From Methanotrichaceae archaeon (GTDB taxonomy: Archaea; Halobacteriota; Methanosarcinia; Methanotrichales; Methanotrichaceae): a stretch of 33,850 nucleotides of DNA. Both the position numbers and the translations under genes were made by a program. Below are positions 9,720 to 20,094 of the stretch, one piece after another. The stretch's first letter is position 1. Each line of letters begins with the position of its first letter. The notes beneath the pieces were generated by a model. It was not told where the DNA came from. It worked only from the letters and a program-made list of their open reading frames with translations, and searched no databases. Location: the NCBI GenBank assembly GCA_963803145.1, contig CAWDLW010000009.1:1-33850 (forward strand), read 5' to 3'.

Positions 9720-9891
9720 TGATCTCACATGGCTTCGTCTTACCAGTATTAATGCAAATTAGGTCATTAAAGTGGAAAGATGGGCGCACTAACGAGAATC
9801 CAAGAACCACCGCAAAACAAAGAGATATAATGGTACCAGAGCGCTTGAGCCTGTAGCGCCCGAGCCTGCGGAGATCTTACTATCCATCTGA

Positions 9892-10134
9892 TTAGAACTT
9901 CAGCTCCATCCCTAGGATGGTTTGAGTATACGTTACTCCATTGATTTCTCTGATCTCGAGCACTGCCCTGTTGAGGTCGGATATGCTTTCTACGTCTGCT
10001 ATGGCTATGAAATCACGCTCGCCATAGACCGGGACGACCTCACGAATGCCCTTGATCTTCATCAGTGAATCATGGACCGATTTCTCGGTGCCTGGCTCAA
10101 CGTTGATCATAACGAACCCCTTCAACAGGAACAC
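9892..10134 (-). CDS. Lrp/AsnC ligand-binding domain protein
   Basis: GFVMINVEPG, VYGERDFIA and IREINGVTYTQT motifs. Confidence 0.85.
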   Translation of the reverse strand: MFLLKGFVMINVEPGTEKSVHDSLMKIKGIREVVPVYGERDFIAIADVESISDLNRAVLEIREINGVTYTQTILGMELKF

Positions 10135-10194
10135 CTCTCCTGAGTATTTTGGCCCTAATAGTATTAGTAATATCTCCAGCGTTAGTAATAACGT

Positions 10195-10677
10195 CTACTG
10201 AGTAAGGCCTTCACTGGGCTCAATCATCTGCCTCAAGGTTTCTATCTCGTCCTCAAAACGCTGTATAGGTTGGGCCTTGACAGCCAGAAGCATGCAATCA
10301 AGGGCCTCTTGAATTCTACCCATACCTACGAGAGCTGTTGCCTTTGATTCCATATCCCCAGGCTCTCCTCCTAACCGCAGCACATTTTCATAGCATTCTA
10401 ACGCCTCATCAAGCCTTCCAGTGCTCAGGAGCAAAACGCCCTTATTCCTTAAGGCTTCTAGGTTATTAGGATCAAGGCTTAGGGACCTGCTATAGCTTTC
10501 GATCGCCTCATCGATTCTGCCCAACTGGAATAGAGCAACACCGCGATTATTCCAGGCCTCAGGGATATCGGGGCTTATTGCTATAACGCGATCAAAGATC
10601 TCAGCGGCCTCCTCATACTGCATCCGTCTGACCTTATCTATGCCCTTGTGGAGCAAGACTTTTTCTTTGGTGTTCAT
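10195..10677 (-). CDS. TPR-repeat protein
   Basis: AWNNRGVAL and ALRNKGVLL TPR motifs. Confidence 0.85.
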   Translation of the reverse strand: MNTKEKVLLHKGIDKVRRMQYEEAAEIFDRVIAISPDIPEAWNNRGVALFQLGRIDEAIESYSRSLSLDPNNLEALRNKGVLLLSTGRLDEALECYENVLRLGGEPGDMESKATALVGMGRIQEALDCMLLAVKAQPIQRFEDEIETLRQMIEPSEGLTQ

Positions 10678-10684
10678 TGAAACC

Positions 10685-11026
10685 TCACATATAGCCCTGG
10701 ATATTTGTTGATTCGCTCGCCTGAACTGTTGCGCCTGCGGAAGACCGCGCTCCGGGCTTTTTTATCTCGCCGAAAAGCTTCTCATAATCCTGTATATGGG
10801 CATGAAGCCAAGTCGCGAGTTCCTTTGCTGCCAGGGGAGATAGTATGATCTCCGCCTCAATCTTCCTCTCCATGACAGTCATCTGGTTCCCTCCCTCCGC
10901 TATAGTCTTCGGTGAATCGTTGTAGAATGCAATTCTAAAATCGTATGGGCTATGTCCGCCTATCGCGCCTATGGCATAGATCTGTCTGAACTGCGGGCTT
11001 CGGGTTAATTCAACTGAAACTTCCAT
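10685..11026 (-). CDS. DUF3467-like protein
   Basis: YAIGAIGGHSPYDFRIAFYND and EIILSPLAAKELATWL; start placed at ATG 11026 to avoid overlap with carA. Confidence 0.7.
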   Translation of the reverse strand: MEVSVELTRSPQFRQIYAIGAIGGHSPYDFRIAFYNDSPKTIAEGGNQMTVMERKIEAEIILSPLAAKELATWLHAHIQDYEKLFGEIKKPGARSSAGATVQASESTNIQGYM

Positions 11027-11132
11027 GCGAGTTGCATTTGAACTCAAGCTTAAAATAGGTGATGATATTTGATTGACCGTATTTGCTATCGAAACGTTTT
11101 TAGGTGACTTAGCTACTTGTGTTGCCGATACT

Positions 11133-12242
11133 ATGATTGGGGTCCTAGGGTTAGAAGACGGCACAAAGGTGGAAGGAACCGGTTTTGGCGCGCCCGGCAT
11201 TGTCTCTGGGGAGCTGGTATTCACAACGATCATGTCCGGCTATGAGGAGGCTCTAACGGACCCCTCATATCACGGCCAGATGCTCATGTTCACATATCCC
11301 CTTCAAGGCAACTACGGTGTGAGCGGCGATAATTTCCAATCAAATAAGATGTGGCCAAAGGCAATGGTCTGCAGGGAGATATGGGATCGCCCTACGCATC
11401 ATCGCTCATCAAGAACAATAAATCAGTTTCTCATAGAAGAAGGCAAGCCTGGAATATGTGGAATAGACACAAGAATGCTCACACTCAAGGTCAGAGTACA
11501 AGGATGTATGAGGGCAACGCTTGCCGTAGGCGAGAAGAAGGATATATCTGGAATAGATGTCGTTGAGATGGCCCGCGCTCAGCCGGATATTTCCGCGCAG
11601 GATTTGTTGGGTGATGTCACATGCGAGGGCCCATATCGCATAAAGGGAAGTGGCCCTCGTGTTGCCATGATCGATCTGGGGATCAAGCGACATATATTGA
11701 ACAGTCTAACAGCCAGAGGATTCGATATTCACGTCCTGCCTGCACATGCCGGCATATCGGATATCGAGGCAATAGAGCCCGATGCTCTCTTCCTCTCTAA
11801 CGGCCCTGGAGACCCCGAGAGGGCTTATGAGGCAATTGATGCAGTCAAACATTTTGCTGGACAAGTTCCTATCTTTGGAATATGCCTTGGTCACCAGATT
11901 ATCTCGTTAGCATTGGGCGCGAAGACCTTCAAACTTAAGTTTGGCCACCATGGAGGCAACCAGCCTGTGAAGGATATTGCCAAAAAAATCGTCTATATCA
12001 CGTCTCAAAATCACAACTTCGCAGTAGTCCCGAGTTCAGTGGATGGGACTGATATTGAGATCACTCAATTCAATGCCAACGACAACACCGTAGAGGGAAT
12101 AAAGAGTGATTATCTAAATGTCTTAGCCGTACAGTACCACCCTGAGGCCCACCCTGGCCCCCTCTGTACCGAGGATCCGTTTTTCAGCGCAGTTTCAAGA
12201 ATTATGAAGCCTAAAATCTCTGTGAGCGGGAGGGGATATTGA
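11133..12242 (+). CDS. carA: Carbamoyl-phosphate synthase small subunit
   Basis: GELVFTT, LTDPSY, SNGPGDP, GICLGHQ and QYHPEA motifs; ATG at 11133. Confidence 0.97.
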   Translation: MIGVLGLEDGTKVEGTGFGAPGIVSGELVFTTIMSGYEEALTDPSYHGQMLMFTYPLQGNYGVSGDNFQSNKMWPKAMVCREIWDRPTHHRSSRTINQFLIEEGKPGICGIDTRMLTLKVRVQGCMRATLAVGEKKDISGIDVVEMARAQPDISAQDLLGDVTCEGPYRIKGSGPRVAMIDLGIKRHILNSLTARGFDIHVLPAHAGISDIEAIEPDALFLSNGPGDPERAYEAIDAVKHFAGQVPIFGICLGHQIISLALGAKTFKLKFGHHGGNQPVKDIAKKIVYITSQNHNFAVVPSSVDGTDIEITQFNANDNTVEGIKSDYLNVLAVQYHPEAHPGPLCTEDPFFSAVSRIMKPKISVSGRGY

Positions 12243-15200
12243 TGCCAAAGCGCACCGATATTCACAAGGTTCTTCTCATAGGATCTGGCCCAATTCTTAT
12301 AGGGCAGGCAGCAGAGTTCGACTTCTCAGGCTCACAGGCGTGTAAATCTCTCCGTGAGGAGGGAATAGAGGTCGTCCTTGTCAACTCCAATCCAGCGACA
12401 ATTATGACAGACCCGGATATGGCTGAGAAGGTCTATATCGAGCCCCTTGTTCCTGAGATAGTTGCAAAGATCATAGAAAGAGAGAGGCCTGACGGGATAA
12501 TTGCAGGCATCGGCGGCCAGACCGGCCTCAACATAACAAGCGAACTTGCAGAGATGGGCATCCTGGAGAAGTACAATGTGGAAGTTCTCGGCACCTCAGT
12601 GAAATCCATCAGGGAAGCTGAGGACAGGGATTTATTCAAAAAGGCTATGCAAAGAGTTGGAGAGCCTGTTCCAAGAAGCGTAGCAGTAAACTCGATGGAT
12701 GAGGCAATGGCCGCTATAGTGGAGCTTGGACTCCCTCTGGTCGTAAGGCCCGCATACACGCTAGGCGGAACTGGCGGAGGAATAGCTCACACACGTGAGG
12801 AGCTTATCAAAATATGCGATCTTGGACTCAAGAGATCGAGGATCCACCAGGTGCTCCTTGAGGAGAGCGTCGAGGGCTGGATTGAGCTCGAGTACGAGGT
12901 GATGAGGGATTCGAATAACACCTGTATCACCATCTGCAACATGGAGAACATGGACCCCATGGGCATACATACAGGCGAGTCCATTGTCGTCACACCCATA
13001 CAAACCCTTTCAGATCAAGAAATACAGATGCTCAGAAGTGCCGCCATAAACATCATCCGCGCCTTGGGCATCGAAGGCGGCTGCAATATTCAGTTCGCTG
13101 TCAAGGAGGGAGATTACAGGGTTATAGAGGTCAACCCAAGAGTCTCTCGATCATCTGCACTGGCCTCAAAGGCGACCGGCTATCCAATAGCCCGTGTGAC
13201 CGCCAAGATTGCCATCGGAATGACCCTTGATGAGATCAGAAACGATGTTACAAAGGAGACGCCTGCATCGTTTGAGCCGACTGTAGATTACGTTGTCATA
13301 AAGATTCCCAGGTGGCCTTTCGATAAGTTCGTCAAGGCTGATAAGAATCTGACTACGGCCATGAAATCCACAGGCGAGGTCATGGCAATCGGCCGCAGCT
13401 ACGAGGAGGCTCTGATGAAAGCCATCCGATCCCTTGATATTGACAAGGAGTTCGGATATGCCGGCAAATATACTACATGGACCGATGAGGAGATCGTTGA
13501 GCTTCTGAAGCATCCGACTGATGAACGGCTATTTACGATTTACGAGGCACTCCGTCGTGGAATGAGTCCTGATGAAATTGTCAGGCTCACATCTATCGGA
13601 CCCTATTTCATCTACAGAATCGAGAATATCATAGCTATGGAGGATGAGGTCAGAAGAGATGGCCTGAATCCCGATACGCTGTGCAAAGCCAAACGCATGG
13701 GCTTCACTGACGAGCGCATAGCAAAGCTCACAGGAAAGACTCGGGAAGAGGTAACTGATTATAGGATTGCACAGTGCATCATCCCAACATACAAGATGGT
13801 GGATACGTGCGCAGCCGAGTTCGCGGCTAAGACGCCTTATTACTATTCCTCATATGATACCGAGTGCGAGCTGAATCCAACCAATAACAAAAAGGTCCTG
13901 ATACTTGGATCTGGGCCCATCAGGATCGGCCAGGGAATAGAATTCGATTACTGCACAGTTCATGCGATCAAAGCCCTCCGTGATCAGGGGATAGAGGCGC
14001 AGATCGTCAACAACAATCCTGAAACAGTCTCTACGGATTACGACACCTCTGACAAGCTCTTTTTCGAGCCGGTAACCCTCGAAGACGTCATGAACATAAT
14101 CGAGAAAGAACGGCCTTATGGAGTGATGGTTCAGTTCGGAGGCCAGACGGCCATAAATCTGGCGATACCTCTCGAAAAAGAGATCGCCCGCCGTGGCCTT
14201 GATACAAAGATCCTTGGAACCTCGCCCGATAACATAGACCTCGCTGAGGATAGAGAAAGGTTTAATGTGCTCATGAAGAAGCTGAACATATCCCAGCCAG
14301 AGGCAGGTATCGCCTTTTCGCCTGATGAAGCAAAGGTAGTGGCTGCCAGGATAACTTACCCTGTCCTTGTGAGACCGAGCTATGTCTTAGGCGGAAGAGC
14401 GATGGAAATTGTCTACGATGAGGCAGGTCTTGAGACATACATGCGCGAGGCAGTGCGCGTATCGCACGAGCATCCTGTGCTCATAGACGATTTCCTGCAG
14501 AATGCTGTTGAAATCGATGTGGACGCAGTATGTGACGGCAAGGATGTCCTCATAGGCGCTATAATGGAGCACATAGAGGAGGCTGGAATCCATTCAGGTG
14601 ATAGCGCCTGCATGATTCCTCCACAGACGCTTCCGAACGTGGTTCTGGAGGTCGTGCGTGATTATGTTAGGAGGATTGCCCTGGGACTGCAGGTAAAGGG
14701 AATAGTGAATTTGCAATTGGCCTACAAGGACGGCGTGGTCTATGTCCTTGAGGCTAATCCGAGATCAAGCAGGACTATACCCTTCGTCTCAAAGGCAGTT
14801 GGCCTGCCCCTAGCTAAGATCGCTGCAAGCGTAATGATTGGTCATTCTCTGAAGGAGCAGGGCTATACGGAGGAGCCAAAAACACCCTATGTCTCCGTTA
14901 AAGAGGTGCTTCTGCCCTTTGATAAGCTTCCAGGTGCCGATGTTCTCCTGGGACCTGAGATGCGCTCTACGGGAGAGGTAATGGGGATAGACTACAACCT
15001 CGGCCTGGCCTTCTTCAAGGCGGAGCTAAGCGCAGATAACCCACTTCCGTTAGAGGGAGTCGTCTTCATCTCTGTGAGAGATGAGGATAAGGCAGCTGTG
15101 GCTGTAGCAGCCAAGAAACTGACGGATAGCGGGCTTGAGATCATAGCCACTGATAACACTGCAGAATACCTGAAGAGATCTGGAATACCTGTTGAGAAGG

Positions 15201-15463
15201 TGAATAAGATCTTCAACGGCAGCCCGAACATTCTGGACTATGTGAAACGCGGTGAAGTCAAGCTGATAATAAATACACCGACGACGAAGCAATCAGTGAA
15301 GGATGGTTATCAGATCAGGCGCAGCGCGGTAGACTATCATGTGCCATATGTGACTACCGTCCAAGCTGCTCAGGCTGCTGCAGATGCAATTCTAAAGGCG
15401 AAGAAGGACAAAATAACCATAAAGGCACTTGATGAGTACCATAAGGAGGTAATATATACCTAG
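12242..15463 (+). CDS. carB: Carbamoyl-phosphate synthase large subunit
   Basis: MPKRTDI, GQAAEFDFSG, two ATP-grasp halves and an MGS domain; TGATG overlap with carA. Confidence 0.98.
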   Translation: MPKRTDIHKVLLIGSGPILIGQAAEFDFSGSQACKSLREEGIEVVLVNSNPATIMTDPDMAEKVYIEPLVPEIVAKIIERERPDGIIAGIGGQTGLNITSELAEMGILEKYNVEVLGTSVKSIREAEDRDLFKKAMQRVGEPVPRSVAVNSMDEAMAAIVELGLPLVVRPAYTLGGTGGGIAHTREELIKICDLGLKRSRIHQVLLEESVEGWIELEYEVMRDSNNTCITICNMENMDPMGIHTGESIVVTPIQTLSDQEIQMLRSAAINIIRALGIEGGCNIQFAVKEGDYRVIEVNPRVSRSSALASKATGYPIARVTAKIAIGMTLDEIRNDVTKETPASFEPTVDYVVIKIPRWPFDKFVKADKNLTTAMKSTGEVMAIGRSYEEALMKAIRSLDIDKEFGYAGKYTTWTDEEIVELLKHPTDERLFTIYEALRRGMSPDEIVRLTSIGPYFIYRIENIIAMEDEVRRDGLNPDTLCKAKRMGFTDERIAKLTGKTREEVTDYRIAQCIIPTYKMVDTCAAEFAAKTPYYYSSYDTECELNPTNNKKVLILGSGPIRIGQGIEFDYCTVHAIKALRDQGIEAQIVNNNPETVSTDYDTSDKLFFEPVTLEDVMNIIEKERPYGVMVQFGGQTAINLAIPLEKEIARRGLDTKILGTSPDNIDLAEDRERFNVLMKKLNISQPEAGIAFSPDEAKVVAARITYPVLVRPSYVLGGRAMEIVYDEAGLETYMREAVRVSHEHPVLIDDFLQNAVEIDVDAVCDGKDVLIGAIMEHIEEAGIHSGDSACMIPPQTLPNVVLEVVRDYVRRIALGLQVKGIVNLQLAYKDGVVYVLEANPRSSRTIPFVSKAVGLPLAKIAASVMIGHSLKEQGYTEEPKTPYVSVKEVLLPFDKLPGADVLLGPEMRSTGEVMGIDYNLGLAFFKAELSADNPLPLEGVVFISVRDEDKAAVAVAAKKLTDSGLEIIATDNTAEYLKRSGIPVEKVNKIFNGSPNILDYVKRGEVKLIINTPTTKQSVKDGYQIRRSAVDYHVPYVTTVQAAQAAADAILKAKKDKITIKALDEYHKEVIYT

Positions 15464-15567
15464 ATAGGCATATTTACCTTTTATAATTTATGTCGCATAC
15501 TAAAAAGGCATGCGTTCGTCAGACCGAAGCCTTTATCTTCGAAAAGGAAAAGGGAGAGGTGCTTCGC

Positions 15568-15641
15568 GGGCTCGTGGTCTAGGTGGTTATGACGTCGCCT
15601 TGACATGGCGGAGATCATGCGTTCGAATCGCGTCGAGCCCA
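15568..15641 (+). tRNA. tRNA-Val(GAC)
   Basis: Acceptor GGGCTCG/CGAGCCC, anticodon arm TCGCC-TT-GAC-AT-GGCGG, T-loop GTTCGAATC. Confidence 0.95.
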
Positions 15642-15646
15642 TTAGT

Positions 15647-15719
<73 letters not shown>

Positions 15720-15944
15720 TATTATCACTAAGAACTCAAATTTTTCTTAATTGTGATATTTCCATAATAGTAGACCTATTCTTAATCGCTGGTCCATAAC
15801 TCACAAAGAAGTGGCAATAGAATGACTCAAACAGATTAACCTAAGCCGTCGCAACAGAAGCCCGGCCAATCAGATTTTCGTTATCCTATACCATCTCCAG
15901 AGTGCAAGTGTAGTATTAATATGGAAAGGTTATAAGCTACAACT

Positions 15945-16700
15945 ATGGAAAGGGCGGTAATACGGGCAGTGTTATTAGCTGCGATTATAATTTCCATAGG
16001 AGCTATACTGGCACCCCTTTGGATATTTGGTTATGGTAGAGTTGAGGTTTGGAATACCGTAGCAGCTTCGCTTGCTGTTATTACAGCAGTAATTTCTGCA
16101 TGGATAACACAAACTCTATTCGAGCGACAAGAAAATGCTCTACGCCCATATCCCTATCCAATCCTTGATCCCTATAGTAGGACGAATCTTTTTCAACTAC
16201 GAGTTGCCAACATGGGTGGTAGTACAGCTTATGATATTAGCCTTAAATGGGATAAACCATTACTGGATGTGGAAGGTAATCCAATTCGGTTTTCTCAAGT
16301 AGATCCTGAGATACCAATATTACTTCCAAACGCGAGTGTAGCGGTCTTAATTGGAGTTGCAAATCAATTCTTAAATAAATATAAGAATGGGGAATATTCT
16401 GGCGAAGTTGAATTCAAAGAGTATCCAGGATCAAATAAAGTTCTTAGACATAAATTTTTCATTAGTTCCGAGATGTATCGAAGACAATTAGTATATACGA
16501 GTGAGGAACAAGAAACACATGACAAATTGCAGAAACTTCCAGATGAGATTTCAAAAATTACTTATGAACTTAAGGAGTTGCGACATGACTTAAATAAATC
16601 TTTCAAGCCAGCAGATGATGATAAAATGCTGAGGGATGTCCTAAAAAAGGCTAAAGAGCTGGGCGATCCTATACCTAATCTCCCTGGAACGCAAGATTGA
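15945..16700 (+). CDS. Hypothetical membrane protein (two N-terminal TM helices), low GC
   Basis: 251-aa ORF with a hydrophobic N-terminus. Confidence 0.75.
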   Translation: MERAVIRAVLLAAIIISIGAILAPLWIFGYGRVEVWNTVAASLAVITAVISAWITQTLFERQENALRPYPYPILDPYSRTNLFQLRVANMGGSTAYDISLKWDKPLLDVEGNPIRFSQVDPEIPILLPNASVAVLIGVANQFLNKYKNGEYSGEVEFKEYPGSNKVLRHKFFISSEMYRRQLVYTSEEQETHDKLQKLPDEISKITYELKELRHDLNKSFKPADDDKMLRDVLKKAKELGDPIPNLPGTQD

Positions 16701-16904
16701 TATAATATTTTTTCCTGCATAGCCTTAGCCTCAGGCTCCATGCCCTCGATGTCTAGCCAAGATAAGGCCCTCTTTACTCAAGTTGTGGGCCTGCTCTTTG
16801 AGTTCCCTAGCCTTTTGCCGCGATGGCGTATCGTGCAGTCCTCTAGGGCTCCGGCATAACAGATAGAGGGAATCGTTATTCTAATCCCTTCAACCGTATG
16901 CATG

Positions 16905-16995
16905 CGCTTTCCAAAACCTTCCCCCAGCGAGGGGTTAGGGGCAGCCCGCGCGGCGATTGAGCGCGCTAGGAAAACCATTAGTTTTAGCCCCGGAA
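16905..16995 (-). repeat. GC-rich interspersed repeat, copy 2 (unoccupied candidate IS110 target at 16980..16989)
   Basis: TTCCCCCAGCGAGGGGTTAGGGGCAGCCCGCGCGGCGATTGAGCGCGCTAGGAAAACCATTAGTTTTAGCC aligns closely with 32271..32336. Confidence 0.85.
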
Positions 16996-17225
16996 GAAGC
17001 ATAGAGCCAATGATTATTTTCATTCGGGCGCACTTCAACACCTACTTGAAAATCATGATGGTTTATGATTGAATTTCATTCGTTAGGTACAATAAAGTCA
17101 AACGGCGGCACCCCGCAGCAAGCTGGTATATTCACTAAAAATGAATCGTTATCAATAAACACTTTCGGCTCACGAAGGACTAGTTTATTAATGCGTATGG
17201 GTATTTACCTTATGCCGGAAGAACC

Positions 17226-17504
17226 ATGGCCTATAAGCTCAACATCGATCCAAGAGCTGAGAGATTCCTAAAGAAGCTCAAAAAGAAAAATCCCAATGCT
17301 GCTTCAGTGATAGCGAATCATATTCTTGAGCTGAAAAGAAATCCTCACACTCCGCGCCCCATGTGCGATATTGTTAAGATTGTAGGCCGTGTTAATGAAT
17401 ACAGATTGAGGATAGGAAAAGTCAGGGCCGAATATACCGTAAATGGTAACGAGATAAATATCACAAATATATTTATAAAGAAACGCAGATCTGACTATCG
17501 ATGA
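17226..17504 (+). CDS. RelE/ParE-family toxin, copy 1
   Basis: Basic 92-aa protein: YKLNIDPRAERFLKKL...EYRLRIGKVRAEY...FIKKRRSDYR. Confidence 0.85.
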   Translation: MAYKLNIDPRAERFLKKLKKKNPNAASVIANHILELKRNPHTPRPMCDIVKIVGRVNEYRLRIGKVRAEYTVNGNEINITNIFIKKRRSDYR

Positions 17505-17543
17505 TCGATGCAGATATATATCAATGACGCGAGTTTATAAAAG

Positions 17544-17723
17544 ATGGCTTCGGTTGGAATCATAAAGGATAAGGAAATCCGAGAGCTTGACGCCTTCATA
17601 GATTCCTTAATAGATGAGGAAATAGATGAGCTGAACACAGATGAAGGCGGCGATGAGGAGACTATGCCTTTCGAGGAATTTTGCAAGATGGAAGGCATTA
17701 AGCTTCGAAAACCATCGGCTTAA
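17544..17723 (+). CDS. Acidic 59-aa putative antitoxin, copy 1 (not in ORF track)
   Basis: MASVGIIKDKEIRELDAFIDSLIDEEIDELNTDEGGDEETMPFEEFCKMEGIKLRKPSA*; follows the toxin and is intact in both copies. Confidence 0.7.
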   Translation: MASVGIIKDKEIRELDAFIDSLIDEEIDELNTDEGGDEETMPFEEFCKMEGIKLRKPSA

Positions 17724-17755
17724 CACCGCAGCATTTCCAATTTCGGTATATTGAT

Positions 17756-17916
17756 CTAGTCAACCAGAGATGGCTTTGCTTTTTTTCGGCATGCCTCGAC
17801 TTCATCAAGTAAGCGATTAACGATTTCATTGAATGTCTCTTTCTTTTTCCAAATCCGACTAGCCTATCCCTTGTGAAAGGCTTAGCCCTAATAGGGGTTG
17901 GCATTTCATCCGGCAA
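17756..17916 (-). pseudogene. Frameshifted small archaeal antitoxin/DNA-binding-like gene
   Basis: MPTPIRAKPFTRDRLVGFGK continues in another frame as ETFNEIVNRLLDEVEACRKKAKPSLVD*; the shift lies in a T-rich run near 17845. Confidence 0.5.
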
Positions 17917-17972
17917 AATTGATAATATCGTTTATTCTTATAGGTCGTTGTAACTGATCAATCGCTAGAATC

Positions 17973-18134
17973 TCATGTCTCTTTCTGGGCAGGGTATCCT
18001 CTTTGATCCAATTCTTTGTTTATGATCTCCTCAAGGAATTCTCCCATTTTCTTAGTGCTGCCTTGAGTCTCTATCAGGTATAGCCTGAGTCTCTTCAAAG
18101 TGCTATCGGATACTTCACCGGTGATCCTAGCCAT
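17973..18134 (-). CDS. 53-aa ribbon-helix-helix-like protein (not in ORF track)
   Basis: MARITGEVSDSTLKRLRLYLIETQGSTKKMGEFLEEIINKELDQRGYPAQKET*. Confidence 0.6.
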   Translation of the reverse strand: MARITGEVSDSTLKRLRLYLIETQGSTKKMGEFLEEIINKELDQRGYPAQKET

Positions 18135-18237
18135 AAAGCCCACTTTGTTGCCTCATTGTATTTATACCTAATATCTTTGAGTATTTAGTACTTTAATGCG
18201 TAAAGCATTTATACCCTAAAGCACTATAAGAAATATC

Positions 18238-18372
18238 ATGGCAGGAAAACTTAAACCCAAAATCACAAATCCCCAAACTCAAACAATCAAGAGCGGTAAA
18301 TCCCTTGTAAAGCTCTCAGTGCTCAAGCTCGAACTCTTCGGACCCAAGCCATCCAAGCCAGTCTTGGAGTGA
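18238..18372 (+). pseudogene. In-frame internally deleted paralog of 20095..20478
   Basis: MAGKLKPKITNPQTQTIKSGK...LELFGPKPSKPVLE keeps both termini but lacks about 83 central codons. Confidence 0.75.
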
Positions 18373-18938
18373 TTTTCATGGACTCCCCGATCTCCCAAGG
18401 CACGGATCGTGTACTGCCCAAATATCCAGCGCCTTTGCCCATAGCAGAGATTAATAATACACTAGGAGATCTTCAGCCCTTGGCGCCACGAATCCATGAG
18501 CTGAACAGGGAGATTCTTGAGAAGGAAGGCGAGGTATTAAAGGCAATCCTGGAGAAAATTGTACCTCTTATACCACTCATCGGCGAGGAGCTCGAAGCCT
18601 GCTATAGACGCAATCTGGTTATCCTCAAAAATACTCAAAGGGTAAATTTTGAAGGGGATGCTGCTTTCTATTCTGAGCATCAGCTGATTTTATACGAAAA
18701 TGGCGCGCTGGTGGATCAGCATAGATATGGAGAGAACACAATCAGCAAACGCATAGGATGGGAAATTACTGATGAGCATCACATAACACCTGCAGAGGCT
18801 ATAACCGCTTTCGGCTTAGGGGCTATTTCGGAGGGCTTGATAGCCGCGATTAAGGAGGCATCGCAGGTATTCATCCTGAAGGAAGAGCTGGAAAGCAAGC
18901 TAGATGATTTGATCGATGCCATGGACTCTCTCAAATGA
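18369..18938 (+). CDS. Hypothetical protein, paralog of 20475..21044 (~83% identity by manual count)
   Basis: Two intact 189-aa paralogs. Confidence 0.8.
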   Translation: MIFMDSPISQGTDRVLPKYPAPLPIAEINNTLGDLQPLAPRIHELNREILEKEGEVLKAILEKIVPLIPLIGEELEACYRRNLVILKNTQRVNFEGDAAFYSEHQLILYENGALVDQHRYGENTISKRIGWEITDEHHITPAEAITAFGLGAISEGLIAAIKEASQVFILKEELESKLDDLIDAMDSLK

Positions 18939-19256
18939 GGCCATCAAGAGCAAATGAAGCGGAGTGAGTGCACTCTATCGCCAGGCTGAAGGCTTGAAGA
19001 GTTGACAAAGGGCGGCGGTTTGATTATCGGTCAGACCCGGCCTAAATGCTCCCATATGTGGGAGGTCATCCGAAGATATGGAAAGCGTGAACTATTCATC
19101 TTGTGAGTCTATCATGTTAAGATCGAGTATGAGAGGAACTCAAATGATAATTAAGACCTTATGAAATATCCTTAAATAGCTATCAATAAACACTTTCGGC
19201 TCACGAAGGACTAGTTTATTAATGCGTATGGGTATTTACCTCATGCCGGAAGAACC

Positions 19257-19535
19257 ATGACCTATAAGCTCAACATCGATCCAAGAGCTGAGAGATTCCT
19301 AAAGAAGCTCAAAAAGAAAAATCCCAATGCTGCTTCAGTGATAGCGAATCATATTCTTGAGCTGAAAAGAGATCCTCACACTCCGCGCCCCATGTGCGAT
19401 ATTGTTAAGATTGTAGGCCGTGTTAATGAATACAGATTGAGGATAGGAAAAGTCAGGGCCGAATATACCGTAAATGGTAACGAGATAAATATCACAAATA
19501 TATTTATAAAGAAACGCAGATCTGACTATCGATGA
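19257..19535 (+). CDS. RelE/ParE-family toxin, copy 2
   Basis: Two amino-acid differences from copy 1. Confidence 0.85.
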   Translation: MTYKLNIDPRAERFLKKLKKKNPNAASVIANHILELKRDPHTPRPMCDIVKIVGRVNEYRLRIGKVRAEYTVNGNEINITNIFIKKRRSDYR

Positions 19536-19574
19536 TCGATGCAGATATATATCAATGACGCGAGTTTATAAAAG

Positions 19575-19754
19575 ATGGCTTCGGTTGGAATCATAAAGGA
19601 TAAGGAAATCCGAGATCTTGACGCATTCATAGATTCCTTAATAGATGAGGAAATAGATAAGCTGAACACAGATGAAGGCGGCGATGAGGAGACTATGCCT
19701 TTCGAGGAATTTTGCAAGATGGAAGGCATTAAGCTTCGAAAACCATCGGCTTAA
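19575..19754 (+). CDS. Acidic putative antitoxin, copy 2
   Basis: Two amino-acid differences from 17544..17723. Confidence 0.7.
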   Translation: MASVGIIKDKEIRDLDAFIDSLIDEEIDKLNTDEGGDEETMPFEEFCKMEGIKLRKPSA

Positions 19755-19851
19755 CACAGCAGCATTTCCAATTTCGGTATATTGATCTAGTCAACCAGAG
19801 ACGGCTCTGCTTTCTTTCGGCATGCTTCAACTTCATCGGAAGTATTGACCA

Positions 19852-19998
19852 TCAATCTTTAGCATGACGCTCTAAGTACTCCTCTATTGCTTTCGCGGCT
19901 ATATCGCTGGTTTTATTCGACTTTCCAGTACTCTTTAACGCGTATTCCTTGAGCTTTGCTTCCAATTCATCGCTTAGGTAAACTCCTATGCGGCCCAT
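19852..19998 (-). CDS. 48-aa CopG/ribbon-helix-helix protein (not in ORF track)
   Basis: MGRIGVYLSDELEAKLKEYALKSTGKSNKTSDIAAKAIEEYLERHAKD*, a classic beta-alpha-alpha pattern. Confidence 0.7.
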   Translation of the reverse strand: MGRIGVYLSDELEAKLKEYALKSTGKSNKTSDIAAKAIEEYLERHAKD

Positions 19999-20094
19999 GC
20001 TAGTGTACTACATCTCACTGGGTTTAATATGTTATGGCAGATTATCACTAATATACCAATAAGCTTATAAGCTTTAGGGCTAATAGTATTTAGC

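Larger units (their letters stand above)
17150..17806. repeat. ~657-bp near-identical direct repeat A (other copy 19181..19837, offset 2031)
   Basis: Direct comparison shows only scattered substitutions. Confidence 0.95.
19181..19837. repeat. Direct repeat A, copy 2
   Basis: Matches 17150..17806. Confidence 0.95.

Noticed and set aside
8930-9800. Integron-like cassette around the HAD gene (CTAAC motifs near 8935 and 9790)
   Set aside because: No paired attC structure or integron integrase could be identified.
11027-11233. N-terminal extensions of the DUF3467-like ORF and carA
   Set aside because: They would overlap head to head; recognisable sequence starts at 11026 and 11133.
11351-15292. 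Numerous short alternative-frame and antisense ORFs inside carAB (likewise inside other long genes)
   Set aside because: Shadows of well-supported genes.
17495-17698. 67-aa minus-strand ORF (and its twin 19526..19729)
   Set aside because: Ser-rich antisense shadow of the acidic antitoxin ORF.
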